This document shows positions 24,701 to 58,136 of a DNA stretch of 64,000 nt, one piece after another; within the stretch, counting starts at the first letter, position 1; each line of letters opens with the position of its first letter. A program made the translations under genes and the position numbers. The notes under the pieces were generated by a model, which had not been told where the DNA came from, made no database searches, and worked only from the letters and a program-made list of their open reading frames with translations. Source of the DNA: Tubulanus polymorphus. Lineage: Eukaryota; Animalia; Nemertea. The stretch spans positions 31,582,250 to 31,646,249 of the forward strand of contig NC_134026.1 of the NCBI RefSeq assembly GCF_964204645.1, given 5' to 3'.

Positions 24701-27700
24701 CCCCTGGATTCTAAAGTATCTCTCTATAAGACAGAGTTTAAATAATGATGTAATAATCGATTGTTTTAGTTGAAGATTGGCAGAATAAATGGTATTTAAC
24801 TCAACGTTTCGCTGACTCAACTCCTGATGATTTAATACGAGATATGTTAGACCTACACCCACACATCAGATTGAAATCTATAATCACGTGCGCTCGAGCC
24901 GTCGATTATCGTCCGCCTAAAGATAAAAACGGAATTCAAATCGGTGAAACTGAGGAACCGGCGGCCGTTGAGAAATTACCGGAGAAAGTATTTAAAACGA
25001 TTGAATTCTGTTTGGATGATTCTCATATTCGAGTTCAGATTGCTGCAGCTATTACACTATATACACTGGGCAGAGCTAGTGATAAGGTATTTATACAGCT
25101 TTGGAAGAGAGAGGGGGAGGGAGGGGGAGAGAGGGGAGGGGGAGGGAGATGGTGGATGGGGGGAGCAAAAACTACTGGCCATTTCACATACTTCAGCATT
25201 TCTCTCATCCTGATTATGGGATTACTGTGAATGTGGAATCACTGAATCAATGATCACTATGAATATGGGATTTCCACTGTTACAATGGGATCACTGTTAC
25301 AATGTGATCACTGTTACGGTGTGATCACCACTGTTACAGTGTGATCACGGTGTGATCACTATGAGTCGATGGTTTTATATATTATCGGTTGTGTATTTCA
25401 GGCGTTGTCAGTTTTAAGGAAAGCGTTGATTGATATGAACTCAGTCGATCGCTGGGCCGCTGCTCAATGTTTAGCTCATCACGGAGTGTGCGATTCAGAT
25501 GTTATCAGTGAATTAGTTCATCAATTACTTCACTCTGAAGACATCATTAAACACGAACAATCAGTACATCTGCTAACTAAACTCAGTTTGGATATCAGAA
25601 ATTCTGTAAGTGTTTCATTTTGCGGACAGGAATTTGTTCAATTTTATTTTTTATCTGTTTTTCTATTATAATTGTTAACAGAGTTTGGTATATTCGATGT
25701 TAGCCGAGCAGCTGAACAGCAGCAGCTGGAGACACAAAATAATAGCCTGTAAAACAATACCAACAATGACTGGAGAGGTTACCAAGGTGTGTTCAGAACC
25801 GCGGCGACTAACTGTATCTATTGTTACGATTGATTTGAACGTGTCGCTAGCGATTGTACGATAATTAACCGATTTCATTGTTTAAAGAAGTAAAGTATGT
25901 GTTTTCAGGATGCAGTATTTCCACATCTATATCCCGACGGTGGGATACCCAGTAGAGTAAGACCATACTTACACTGCAGCTAGTCTCTATACTAGTCTCT
26001 ACTAGCCTAGCCTATATACATACACCTTACACTTCATCAGTCACAGCCCCTGGTTTCATCCACTCCCGGATTCAGTTCCATAGTTCTGGGATCGGTTGCT
26101 CAAAAGTTGGATAAAGATAACCAGCGGATAGACACCATGGTAACAATGAACTTGTCAACTATCCACTGGTTAAACTCTAACCAACATTTGAGCAACTGCC
26201 CCCCTCCCCTCCCTGGATCCAGTTTCACAGTTCTGAATGGTAGAGTTAGATTCACACCTGTGGAGCTGGATTCTTCCTTAAAATTCTTCAGCTGATTTTG
26301 CATCAGGGTTATTGAAATATTGAAAGTGGTGCAAATCGGGCGCTCAATGCTATATACAATCATCTCATTATTCTAAGCCTGTGCTCTCTATAGACTGATC
26401 TCATTATTCTAAGCCTGTGCTCTCCATCTCTCTACTATATATCTAGTATTTTAGATTTTTATATAGAACTTGATTATGAAACAAATTCTGCCTTTGCTTT
26501 TCATCTTTCATCGAATTCAACCCACGTTTAAATCTATGCATGAGCTTTCTATCAGATATTGTATCAGATATTTCTATCTACACATACTACAGCATTACAG
26601 CATTCTCACTATTATTTATTCTCTACAATTCAAAAAACTTGTCTACATAAAATATCTAAAGAGTCATTAATATCTATATAAATGTCAATGAATATTTTTG
26701 TATAATTATTCTAAAGTTTGCTGCGCGTATGTTATAATGATGTGTTAATTTATTCGTGTTTTAGGATCTCGTGAATAAATTAGCCGATTTAATGTGGAAT
26801 GATTGGCACGCCGATGTCAGGATAGCGGCGGCTCAATGTTTGGGGAAAACCGGGCACGGTAAAGATGTACACGACGACCTACGCAGTAAATTAATAGATA
26901 ACAATGAAAGAGTTCGAACTGAAGCCGTCAATAAAGTCGGACATTTAGGTTTGTTTATACTTAATCAAACTCCTGTCAAGTGAGATCAGTTGTCACATTA
27001 TCTACTGGGGCCCAGTTGCATAGTCATGGCTTAGACTTGAGACCAGTCTAAGACCAACTTAGTCCTATAGCCAATCTAACAACTTAAGACCAATCTTAAG
27101 ATTTAAGACCAATTTTGGACTTAAGTCACGACTGTGCAACTGGCCCCTGCAGTTTAGGTTTCAAAATCGGTTCCTATTTAAACACTAACTATAATGACAC
27201 TTAATGACACTAGCGCCACCATTGTGGAAACCGCAGTTAGACCACAATTTGTCAGTTAACTAAGTGTAACTCCTCAACACAATAATCCTCCAAACTATGA
27301 CTTCTGTAAGTTTCACTGTAGTTTAGGATTATTTGTACTCTGTAAAGCATGTATTACATTTACTCATCTAAAATGTGACGGGTGTTTTATTTTTCTAGGA
27401 ATTATGACTGCTAAATTATTGCCATCATTTTTGAATTGTTTCCAAGATGAATACGTAATGGTTCGAATGGAGGTTTGTATCGCCTGCGGAAACCTAGGAA
27501 TACAAGATGAACAAATAGTGAATAAACTCAATCAACTAGCGTCCTATGATCCGATATGGAAAGTGAAAGCATTAGCGATACAAGGTACGTATAATACATG
27601 TACGCGTAACCATGTCGATAACAGTCTGTATTGTTGTAACGTGTATTGTTTCGTTGTTTTAGCTCTCGGTAAAATCGGAATTTTAAACGCACAAATTCAG

Positions 27701-29466
27701 GAATGTTTATTATGGGCGTTACGATACGAGAAAGAGGCTGCGGTACGCGCCGAAGCTTGTCACACGATTTACGCGTTAGATATTAAAGATTCGGTAACCG
27801 CGGAGATATTACAGGATCGGTACCTGGTCGAGTCGAGTCCGATTGTTAAACAGTGAGTATTTAAATAAACCTGCAGTTATCAAGAAACTCATTCATAAAA
27901 AAAGGCGACCACTACTCTTTATGTACAGTACATAAAACAAGGCGACTATGCTACTCTTTATGTACGGTACATAAAACATGGCGACCACTACTCTTTATGT
28001 ACAGTACATAAAGCTGAAATTGTGTACATAGGGTTTGAAATTGCGTATTGATTTCAAGAGATTGACTGATATTATCTATTTTGTAACAGAGAGATTGCGC
28101 TTGCGTTGAGCATGTTTGGTATAAGTCCTACTGAAGATATGGATACAGTTACTCAGATAAAAGAGGAAGTACGAAAACTGTGCACATTGAGCAACATCAG
28201 TTCACAAATATTAGAAAACGAGGGACATGCAGAACATCGACATAATCTAACACGACTTATATATCCAGCTGAACAGGTCAGTATAAACCTCGTCTAACTC
28301 ATAGGATAAACAGTCACTGTTAGTGTTTCAGGATGGTCTCTACTTTAAGGCATTTATCTGTCAAATTCTTTTTTGGCTAGATTTGGAGCCACCCTTGTAA
28401 AACCCTCGCCACTGACGTAAACTGGACTGAACTCAACTTCTTTACTTTATCTTGTTTGTTTTTTAAAGACTAAAGGAATAACGACACCCGATAGTGCGGC
28501 ACGTGGGTCACCAGCGGCGAAAACTCCAGTCAAACTTACTCCAACTCCAACTAGTCGTAGAACAGTAGGACTGACTCCAACTACAGTGGCTCCAGCTCCA
28601 GTTCCAGTGACTCCAGAGGAGACAGATATAGAAACTAAACAGGATGATACACAAATACTTACAATAACACCAGCCGCGCCACCTATACTCAAACAACAGG
28701 AACTAACATCAGCAGCAGTAGCAACTCCACCTACAGTCGAACATGAAAGAACACAAGCAGCAACTCCACCTATAGTTGAACAACAGGAACTAACAGGAAT
28801 AACTGAGATTTATCGAGAATCGTCGTTTAGTCGTCCGTCGACGTCTGGTTCCGTTTTATCGGTTCAAACACGACCTTCAACCGGCGAATCAGAATTCAGT
28901 TTACGTCCATCGACTCGATCACGAGACTCCGGGAGTCGTTCGATGACTTTCATCGGCTCATCTTCGAGAATCAACGAGATTTACCGCGAGTCGACGAAGA
29001 GTAGTTTAGAATCGGTATCTCGTATGAAACTAATGGTTACGCCGAAATCATCGGCTAGCAGACGGACGCTGAAAAACAGACCGGGAACGTCGGGAAAAAA
29101 GAAACCAAACTTTCATTACGATTTACCAACTGACGATGTGAGTATCACAAACAGTAAACGTCGTATAACGAGTGTTTGAAATTCAAATTTAACCGATTTT
29201 AACGGGTTTAATTATAGGTGATTGGATTAGATTTAGAGCGAGTTCCGACTACGTTAGTTCAGTTATACGAGGATGCAGATCATCCAGAGCGGGGACCACC
29301 TCCGGATTACCACCCTCCGGAGCTGGGACCACCTCCCCCTCCAGAACAAGGTCCAGCTGAAAGCACACATGAAGACAATGTTGGAAACTGCAACAATGAA
29401 GACTGTGATAAAGTAGAACAGGAAACTATCGATTTAGAATCTAAAACAGAAATTGTTCTAACATAG
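21789..29466 (+). CDS. HEATR4: HEAT repeat-containing protein 4; exons 21789-22606, 22870-23015, 23089-23232, 23895-24112, 24200-24308, 24770-25086, 25402-25605, 25682-25786, 26765-26948, 27399-27584, 27663-27852, 28090-28276, 28469-29137, 29218-29466
   Basis: Motifs LNSSSWRHKIIAC, LMWNDWHADVRIAAAQCLG, MTAKLLPSFLNCFQD, DPIWKVKALAIQALGKIG and LLWALRYE..AVRAEAC match recalled HEATR4. Phase-consistent GT-AG introns; AATAAA at about 29492 and 29546. Start codon uncertain. Confidence 0.88.
23665..23828. mobile_element. PIF/Harbinger-like MITE, family A (CTG TSD)
   Basis: CTG-GGCTCGGTTTCATAG ... CTATGTAACCGGGCC-CTG (13/15 TIR match). An empty-site-like ACACCTGCAGTTTAAA lies immediately downstream; related internal fragments at about 26065-26190, 31060-31130 and 40590-40700. 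Confidence 0.7.
24385..24613. mobile_element. Two abutting copies of PIF/Harbinger-like MITE family B (one partial), separated by CAG
   Basis: ...ACTGTGCAACTGGCCC-CAG-GGGCCGGTTCCTCAGT...ACTGTGCAACTGGCCC-CTG. Confidence 0.75.
27005..27149. mobile_element. Complete PIF/Harbinger-like MITE family B (about 140 bp, CTG TSD)
   Basis: CTG-GGGCCCAGTTGCATAGTCATGGCTTA ... TAAGTCACGACTGTGCAACTGGCCC-CTG. Confidence 0.8.
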
Positions 29467-29929
29467 AACGATGATGTAGAAACTGCATTGAAATAAATCT
29501 TTATAGAATCAGAGATTAGAAACTTTTAGAAAAACTTAGACGTACAATAAAACTTGCTAAAGTCCTCATCAGATAAGTGGTCACTGTTTTTGAGTCCCAA
29601 TTCAATTAATTCGAAGTTCTCAACCCATTGACCCTCAGTCCGAACTAGGACAACACTTGTAGCTGTCAGTTCCGATTGTTTGTTTGAATCACGGAGAATT
29701 TTGTTTATTTTTTTTCAATAAATGATTTTTACACTGTTAATGTTTGCGTTGAATATTTCACCGGTATTGGACCACAAGTGCTTGCCTCAAATCTACGAGA
29801 GCAACTGACAGCTGACACCACAATGACCTTGGCAGCGCAAGACCAGGCAACTAGGTGATTGTTGGAGGACTGATTGCCTCCAAGGGATGCACATAACTGC
29901 TACTGAGGCAGAACCAGTGTGATGATCCT

Positions 29930-30105
29930 GAGAGACCTCCAGATACAGGGAAACCCTGAGAGACCTCCAGATACAGGGAGACCCTCAGAGACCTCCAGAT
30001 ACAGGGAGACCCTCTGAGAGACCTCTAGATACAGGGAGACCCTCAGAGAGACCTCTAGATACAGGGAGACCCTGAGAGACCTCTAGATACAGGGAGACCC
30101 TCAGA
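29930..30105. repeat. About 28-31-bp tandem repeat (core GAGACCTCTAGATACAGGGAGACCCT), about 6 copies
   Basis: Read directly. Confidence 0.85.
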
Positions 30106-30254
30106 AACAAGAACTGACTGTAACTCATTATATAACAACATCATCTGACATGAGTTTATTAAGGATTGATAATTATCATATTAACAACAATATTTACATC
30201 TAATACAGATACTGTAAACAAACATATCACATGACTGAACACCACACCTCTATC

Positions 30255-30600
30255 TGAACCAATCAGAGGCCCAGATTTAGGGGTAGCTCCATCTGGTGTC
30301 AGTAACCCTAACCCTAGCTGTGAGTTACAGGTGACCAGTCACATGACCACCTGTGACATGTCTAGTCAGCCAATCAGAAGCTAGGGTTAGGGTTAGCTCC
30401 ATCTGGTGGTAATTCCAGGAACCCTAACCCTAGCTGTGGGTGACAGGTGACCAGTCACATGACCAGACCACCTGTGACATGTCCAGTCAGCCAATCAGAA
30501 ACTAGGGTTAGGGTTAGCTCCATCCGGTGGTGACCCAAGGAACTGAGTGACAGTGACCTCGACAGGCAGTCAGTTAAATCAGGTGACCAGTCACATGATT
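30255..30600. repeat. About 110-125-bp tandem unit with telomere-like CTAGGGTTAGGGTT / AACCCTAACCCTAG; same family at about 60510-60950
   Basis: Shared core GACCAGTCACATGACCACCTGTGACATGTCTAGTCAGCCAATCAGAAGCTAGGGTTAGGGTTAGCTCCATCTGGTGG. Confidence 0.85.
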
Positions 30601-30799
30601 TGATGTTCAGCTATAGATGTAAATAGTTATAGAGGGCAGTAATTTAGACATGAGCATTTACAGTAATTACACAATAGAGCATGATGTATTAGTTTAGTAT
30701 TTACAGTATTTACACACAGACTAGAGCAGGGTGGGTCGTAGAGCGGGTCGTAGAGCAGTGTTGGTCGTAGAGCGGGTCGTAGAGCAGTGTTGTGATAGT

Positions 30800-50555
<19,756 letters not shown>

Positions 50556-50585
50556 TGTCTCAGTGATGCGAGGGGAAAGGCCCAA

Positions 50586-50740
50586 TCTCTATACTACAGA
50601 CTGACTGCTGCTGTCTCCAGTGACTCCGCACCCGCCCGACGGGCTAGGGCTATACTGAGACTGATCGCTGCTGTCTCCAGTGACTCCTCACCCGCCTGAC
50701 GGGCTAGGGCTCTACTCTGAGACTGATCGCTGCTGTCTCA
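50586..50740. repeat. About 60-bp repeat, about 2.5 copies, just upstream of the NALCN start codon
   Basis: GACTGA..GCTGCTGTCTCCAGTGACTCC.CACCCGCC.GACGGGCTAGGGCT repeated. Confidence 0.8.
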
Positions 50741-52767
50741 TTTAGTACAATGATAAATATCAAGCATCTCATTCCTACTTATCACTTCACATCATTACAT
50801 ATGCCAGGTGTATAGGGCCGAATAAAATTTATTTGATGGTTGTGTATTGTATTGGTGATACGGAGTTGTCAATGTTGGATCTGATGAGTTTGATTTGATC
50901 TGATTTGTTAAGAGTTGATCTGATGAGTTCCGTGTTTACAATAATCGAGATCAAGTCCACTTAAATCGAACAGAAATGTGTTTAATCGCGATAGGAAGAT
51001 AATATCTCAAAATGTCGGGTTTGCATCCACAGCTACTGTGGCAAGTGAGGATTAAATCCATCCTCGCATGCCACGATAATTTATTCTTTGGACTGGTTAC
51101 CGGCATCTATCTTCGACAGACAACCAGTCTACTGCTTTTTCCTAGGCATAATTAGACCACCGTTATATTTCCTAGGAGTAATTAGGCAGCTACCATTCCC
51201 AAATTTAGAAATCTTAGAATAAGCCAGGGTCTGGACTATACTAACATTTTATTTCATGTTTTTTCTTGCAGCACATTATATTGCTGCCCGGGCCAGGGCA
51301 TGACAGGGACTCAGATGCCAGCCAACAGACGACAGCCAGCCAACCAATCCGAAAGACACTTTATAGTCACACAATCCGATCCGAGTCGTATTTGTGTAGA
51401 ATCCCACTCACAGCAGCTGCATAAAAATATAGTCCGAAATGTTTCATTGAGCTTTTTCCTTGTTTATTTAATAGTCTAGTCATCCTTTAGTTTGTATGAC
51501 AGGTAATTCATTAAGAGAATAATTTCATATCTCCTGAGACCAATAAATTTCACTTAAATGTCATTGATCATACTAGGACATGTTAATCGCCCAATGCACA
51601 CGCTTGGCTTTTGATCATTTGATGAATTATTAATATCACTTAACAAATAAATGCTGTGACAAATATTTTTCAGATTAAGTAGTTAATCAAAAAGTGGCAC
51701 TTCCTGTGAAAAGCAGGCATAAATCAGGGCCTTAAGAAATTGTTTCCAAAAAGTAGCTACAATCACGAGTGTGAAGTTTTAATGTGTTCCTTCATCAATT
51801 GAATTCTTCAGTCCTTGGAAATTCACAATTAACAACAATTGAACACAAGTGAATTGTATGATATCATCTTATTTATTCATATTTGTTATGGAATGATTTC
51901 TATAATAGTGGAGCAACAGAGCTCTCAACAATAACAGAACAATGTCTGAATTCATTTAGTACGCAAAAAATACCGAATAACTAAATAACCGTATCTTAAA
52001 GACAAGAGAGAGAGAGGGGATAAGAGAGAGGGAGGAGAGAGAGGAGGAAATGGAGGAAACGAAAATAGTCACCAAATAACTAAAATAATTCATACTTGTT
52101 TAATGGATAAAGCAGCCATATTTACAGAAATAACTAATAACTGAATCAGCTCCTGCAGGGAACCTAATTCTCATCGGGAAAACCTATTCCTTCGCGAGTA
52201 TAAATCAACTAAATTAAACTTTTGATATTCGACACAATTTACATTGAAATCTACCCAGTTATAATTGAGGTATAAATAACTAATAATTTGGCTCTTGTTT
52301 GTTAGACATTTAATAACGAACAGCACAGAAACACATCGTAGTATAATCGGTGGGTAAATTCAGCTGCACCTCTATTTATAACAAATTAATCAAATATTAT
52401 TGACTTAAAATCTATAACGATCTGTAGATCTGAGCGATTAGATTGTCTGTCTGTCTGTCCGTCTGAAATAAACCAATCGCTCTTAGAATAGCTATTGTTA
52501 CCGATAGTAACTAATGCGGTTTATATTTCTATACAAAGTACAATTAATACCGTTGCGAGACTTTAATTATATATTTGTATACAACGTAGCAAATATACAC
52601 GGCTACGCTGTATTACATCTCTATATACAATGTATTACACAATGTATTACACAGCGTCTGCAGCAATGAGATATATAACAATCAGTGTTCATATAAAAAC
52701 CTTTTCTAACAATTAGCACCATCAAATCACAGAACTACGCAACCAACAATCGTTACTATGGCAATCA

Positions 52768-55700
52768 TCAGAGGACGACGGACGCGCGTGCGGTAGAGCT
52801 GCGTGGTATCTCATCCGGCGTGTGATTGGCTGAACCATTCGCAGACGATAAAGCGCTGCCGTAGAATTTCTCCTGTTCCGCTAACTGTCTCGAGAATTCC
52901 TCTTCTAAACACTGTGAATATAAGTCACACTCGTCGGTTTAATCATCGTCATACAAATCATGACTTATTGTAAGTAGAATTGGATATACGAAAATTGGGA
53001 CTCAAAAATAAAGATGACTTCAGTAATGTGACGACTTATCAGATAATGACTTATACTTAGTAAATAGAATCTGAATTACAAATGAAAATGATTTCAGTAA
53101 TATATAAGTTTGACTGTATTTCAAGCAGCGAATGAATGACTGTAATTCACAGACAGCAGCGATTGATTAAAAAGCTGTTAAATTTGTTGTGTAGCATTTT
53201 GAATTTAAATCTGTACTTAATGTGTATAGCAACTCGTTATGTACAGTACATACCGGTACAACCGGTCAGTCGGTACATGTATATTGTATGTACATATTGT
53301 TTGTGCATTTAATGTACAAATATAAGCTAATAATAGTTTTGTTATAGCTGCCAAAAAGAGTAATAATAAATAAATACCGTTTCTAATTCCTGTTTTAAAA
53401 ATAAAATTAAATCAATGTAAACTCAGTATTGACCATGTTGCAGGGGGCGAAGAGGGGTAGGAGGGGAGGAGAGGTGGGGAGAGGGGAGGATGGGGGAGGG
53501 AGGGGGTATTTGATACCTGTTTTCTCGGTACAAGGTTCTCCTTCCACTGTCTGGGGGGAGGGAGGGGAGGGGTAGGAGGGTAGGGAGGTGGAGGGAGGAG
53601 AGGGGAGAAGGGGAGGGAGGAGAGGGAGGTGGAGGGGAGGGAGGTGGAGGGAGGGGGTATTTGATACCTGTTTTCTCGGTACAAGGTTCTCCTTCCATTG
53701 TCTGGAGGGGAGGAGGAGGGGGAGGGAGGGAGGGGAGGGGTATTCGATACCTGTTTTCTCGGTACAAGGTTCTCCTTCCATTGTCTGGAGGAGAGGGAGG
53801 TGGAGGGGAGGGAGGTGGAGGGAGGGGGTATTTGATACCTGTTTTCTCGGTACAAGGTTCTCCTTCCATTGTCTGGAGGGGAGGAGGGGAGGAGAGGGGA
53901 GAGAGGGGGTATTTGATACCTGTTTTCTCGGTACAAGGTTCTCCTTCCATTGTCTGGAGGGGAGGAGAGGGGAGGAGGGGGAGGGGAGGGGAGGGGTATT
54001 CGATACCTGTTTTCTCGGTACAAGGTTCTCCTTCCATTGTCTCAACTCAGAATGATATAATTCTTCCAATTCATTGATTTTCTGCGTTTCTTGTTCCATT
54101 AACATTTTTCGTTTTTCGCTCTTAAAAAATAAATACAATTCGAATGCGTTATTCTATTGAATTAGTAGCGTTGAGAAGCGGACTGTTACTAACGGTAACT
54201 ATACCTGAAGTTGTCGTAACTCCTGGAGTTGTGTTATATTCCTCGAGCTCAATTCCTCCCATTGTCGTTTATGTTTTAATTCTTGTCGAAGTTGTTCCGC
54301 TTTCACTCGCTTTTTCTCCGACTCCTCGAACTAAAATACGGATTTCGGACTGAATACCGGACTGGGATCGGGTAACGGGTATAATCAATTAAACGATAAT
54401 CTTACGTGTTTTATTTTTTCCCTCTCCTCGTCCGGTGAACCGATCGTACTGATTCGTAAACTCTGTTTAAACATTTGAGCTCTTGTTTTCATTTCACTTT
54501 TTTGTATCCGTGGTAACCGCTTTTTTTCGACTGTCTGGTGTTGCAGAAGTTCCTCCTCTTTACGCAGATTTATCCTCTGAATTTGCTCCAATTCCTGTCA
54601 ATCGAAATATCACGCGTAAATATTGAGTTTATTTGAATAATTGACAGTTATAACTATAGTAACAGTACCTTCTCATGTCTGGTCAACATTTGATGTCGTT
54701 TGAGGAAAAATAAATCTTTCAATTGTCGTTTCGCGAGTTGATTTTTTTCATGTAGGTGGCGCTCTTCCATTTCCCAAATCGCTGACTCACGGGCTAAAAA
54801 TAGAGATGAGATCTCAGATATTAGTGATGGTGATACCTGAGATATTTCAGTGAGATTATATCTCAGTGATTGAGATATCTCAGATATTTCAGTGAGATTA
54901 TATCTCAGTAATTGAGATACCTGAGATATTTCAGTGAGATTATATCGCAGTAATTGAGATATCTCAGATATTTCAGTAAACTTACATCTCAGTAATTGTT
55001 GTTTTTGTTGTAAGAATTGTTTTTCTAATAAAGCGATTTTCTCGCGATGTTGATCTGAAAGTCGTTTCATAGACCGTTCTAAACTTTCTGATTGCTGTTC
55101 GAGAAATTCTCGCTCCTGAAACAAAAAACAGAAATAAATATCTACGTTAGTCGATTACGTGGCTCCACATAACCTTGAGAGTTTAACGACCTTATCGGCG
55201 ATCTCTAACTCTTTTTCCTCTCGACGTCTGCGAAGAGCTTCTTTACGCTGATCTTTCGGTAACATTTCTACTTCCTGTTTGAGAAGTTTCATTTCCTGTT
55301 TTAAGCCGTCTCTGAATTGGCGAGCTTCGCGCTCCTGAAGGAGACAATTAAAACATGCGTAAGATCGCGGTAACAGGAACAGGAAGTACACGAGATCCTC
55401 GTTGATTTACCTGATCACATTTGATTTTTTTCGATGCAAATTTCATATCAATTCCCTGCGATACTTCCGCTTTTTCCACCTGATTCTTTTGTTGTCGATT
55501 CAAATTTTCGATATCGGCTTCATAACTTTTTAACAATGACTGAAATAATAATTCATTGATAATCTCAATCATAACGAGATGATTTATTGATAATCTCAAT
55601 CATAACGAGATAATTCATTGATAATCTCAATCATAACGAGATAATTCATTGATAATCTCAATCATAACGAGATAATTCATTGATAATCTCAATCATAACG

Positions 55701-57330
55701 AGATAATTCATTGATAATCTCAATCATAACGAGATAATTCATTGATAATCTCAATCTCACTGTTTGATATATCGTGGTGAGTTTTGGTAATTACCTGCAT
55801 TTCTAACTCATATCGTTTGTCTTCTGTTTGTTTGATATTCTGCGCTTTCAACACTAAATCTTGGTATTGTTTATTTTCTAATTTTTGCAATAATTTCAAT
55901 TCTCTCAAATCTTGCTTCCTTTAAAACAAAACAAAAAAACACATCGAAATTTACATAATTTCATCAACAAAAACCACAACTGGATTTTACATAATTCTGT
56001 ACACAAAATTCAAATGATTTTCAACCCCGTTTCAGCATTATTACACAGAAGGAAAGCACTTCACTCCCCTCACTCCCCTCATTGACGGTCTACTCTACGC
56101 GTATCCCCTCTAACTAACAATCGACATCCCCCCCGCAAGATCATCGCCATAACAACCGATATTTACCTGATCATGTGCATATTGAAATACATTTCAACAG
56201 CGAACACCATTGTCTGCGGATAAGACTGCCACCAGGCTGTTATATCAAAATTACTTAAACTAGGTTTCTGATATAATAAATCTCTAATCTGATTCCTCCA
56301 TTCAACTCCTCCTCCGCCTCCTCCTCGTGCTCCTCTCATCGTCGTCGGCGACGACAATTTCACTTTCAACGATTTCTCATCTTGATCGCTATTCAGGTTG
56401 TCATGGAAACTATCTTTACGATAACCGACAGCGCCCCCTGGTGATATACCGTTAGATCGCTGTAGACTGAGACGAGGTCGCGCTATTGGTCGTATTTCTA
56501 GATCGGGTGAATTAGCGGTCCTGATAATCGGACTCGTTCTCGGACTAGTCCCGCTACTAGCTAGTGATCTACGGATGTCTGTGTTCAGTTTACGTGAACT
56601 AAATACATTTCCCATCCTCATAGTCTTACTGTTTAAAGGGTAGGTCATCTAGAGAGTGACCTCGCTGTAAACTAGGTCATCTAGAGATTGACCTCGCTGT
56701 AAACTAGGTCATCTAGAGATTGACCTCGCTATAAACTAGGTCATCTAGAGTGACCTCGCCGTAAACTAGGTCATCCAGAGCGACTTCACTGTTAACTAGG
56801 TCATCCAGACCATGCCACAGTAACCTTGAGTTTTAAATATAGCCGGTTAAATTCAAACATTCTATCCTAAATACATTGTAAGGTTTGAATAGATGTGAGT
56901 TATAAGTGTAAGAATCACAGCTGCTGTTGTCGACGGTACTGTTATCTCCATGGTAATACGACAGTGATTGTTGAGTCAGCTGATTATTGAGATGTGACGT
57001 GCTCCTGAAGAAGATGATATCGTGTCCACACTCGAACTGCTGCTGCTATTCCATGCATCTTATTCATGCAAGATCCGACAACAATGAAACCAGTTACAGT
57101 TTGAAATCATAACTCACTGTCTGAAACTACCAAACAAGAGCCTGAATGAGCAGAGGGTGATGATTGAAGGAGAGGGGGGTCTGTGTTGAGAAGGATGAGA
57201 ATGAAGATGTTGAACGTAAATGATACAAATACCTCAAAATCATTCATCAAATATAAATCCATAGATCGATAGTTTGAGATGAGATCTAAGTAATCCTCAT
57301 CATCATTATTATCATCATCAGAATCAGTAC

Positions 57331-57361
<31 letters not shown>

Positions 57362-57906
57362 ACTGGAGGACTCAGAGAATGAATGAGTCAGTGAGTTTCT
57401 ATGTGATGTCACAGAAAGCCAATCAGATGTCCGATGCACTCCGGTCTACAATAACTTTCAACACGACACTCTCTTCAATTCTCTGCCAATCTCAGATATA
57501 TCTAATCAAATCTCACAATCATCCCGAATATCAGATATAGCAAAATCCAAAATATCAAAACAACAACGTCACAAATATCAGAATCTCAAAAATTGATCAC
57601 ATCAAATTTCATGATATCTGAATCTCATTAAACCAAAATCCTCGAAATCTCAAATCTTTGATCTCATTATTCACAATAGAGATTATGAAGATCGGACGGA
57701 GTCTAATATCATCCGTCCGTCTGTCTCTAATATAACAGATTAACAGACGTATAAAAACTGAATTCTGTTACCATAGTAACGGTATATCGGCCCGGTCGTG
57801 TTATTAGCAGGATGTCAATACTTATAACATTTATAGAGAGAGAGAGATTCATTGATGTGTGAGACAGAGATATCTATCAGTCACAACCTGCAGACAGACA
57901 GCTGAC

Positions 57907-57982
<76 letters not shown>

Positions 57983-58098
57983 GATATCTATCAGTCACAA
58001 CCTGCAGACAGACAGCTGACTAGACAGACAGAGATATCTATCAGTCACAACCTGCAGACAGACAGCTGACTAGACAGACAGACAGACAGACAGACAGC

Positions 58099-58136
<38 letters not shown>

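Noticed and set aside
30255-30600. Telomere or chromosome-fusion site
   Set aside because: Only about 2 TTAGGG units per arm, embedded in a larger dispersed unit.
52765-52770. Stop-codon readthrough or selenocysteine at the SLK TGA
   Set aside because: Tandem TGA TGA, no readthrough context, and no SECIS-like structure recognised.
57107-57439. 110-aa ORF with poly-Ala/poly-Asp as another SLK first exon
   Set aside because: Its GAG|GTATTT donor is phase 0, incompatible with the phase-2 downstream exons, and it is built on microsatellites; it could still be a non-coding 5' exon.
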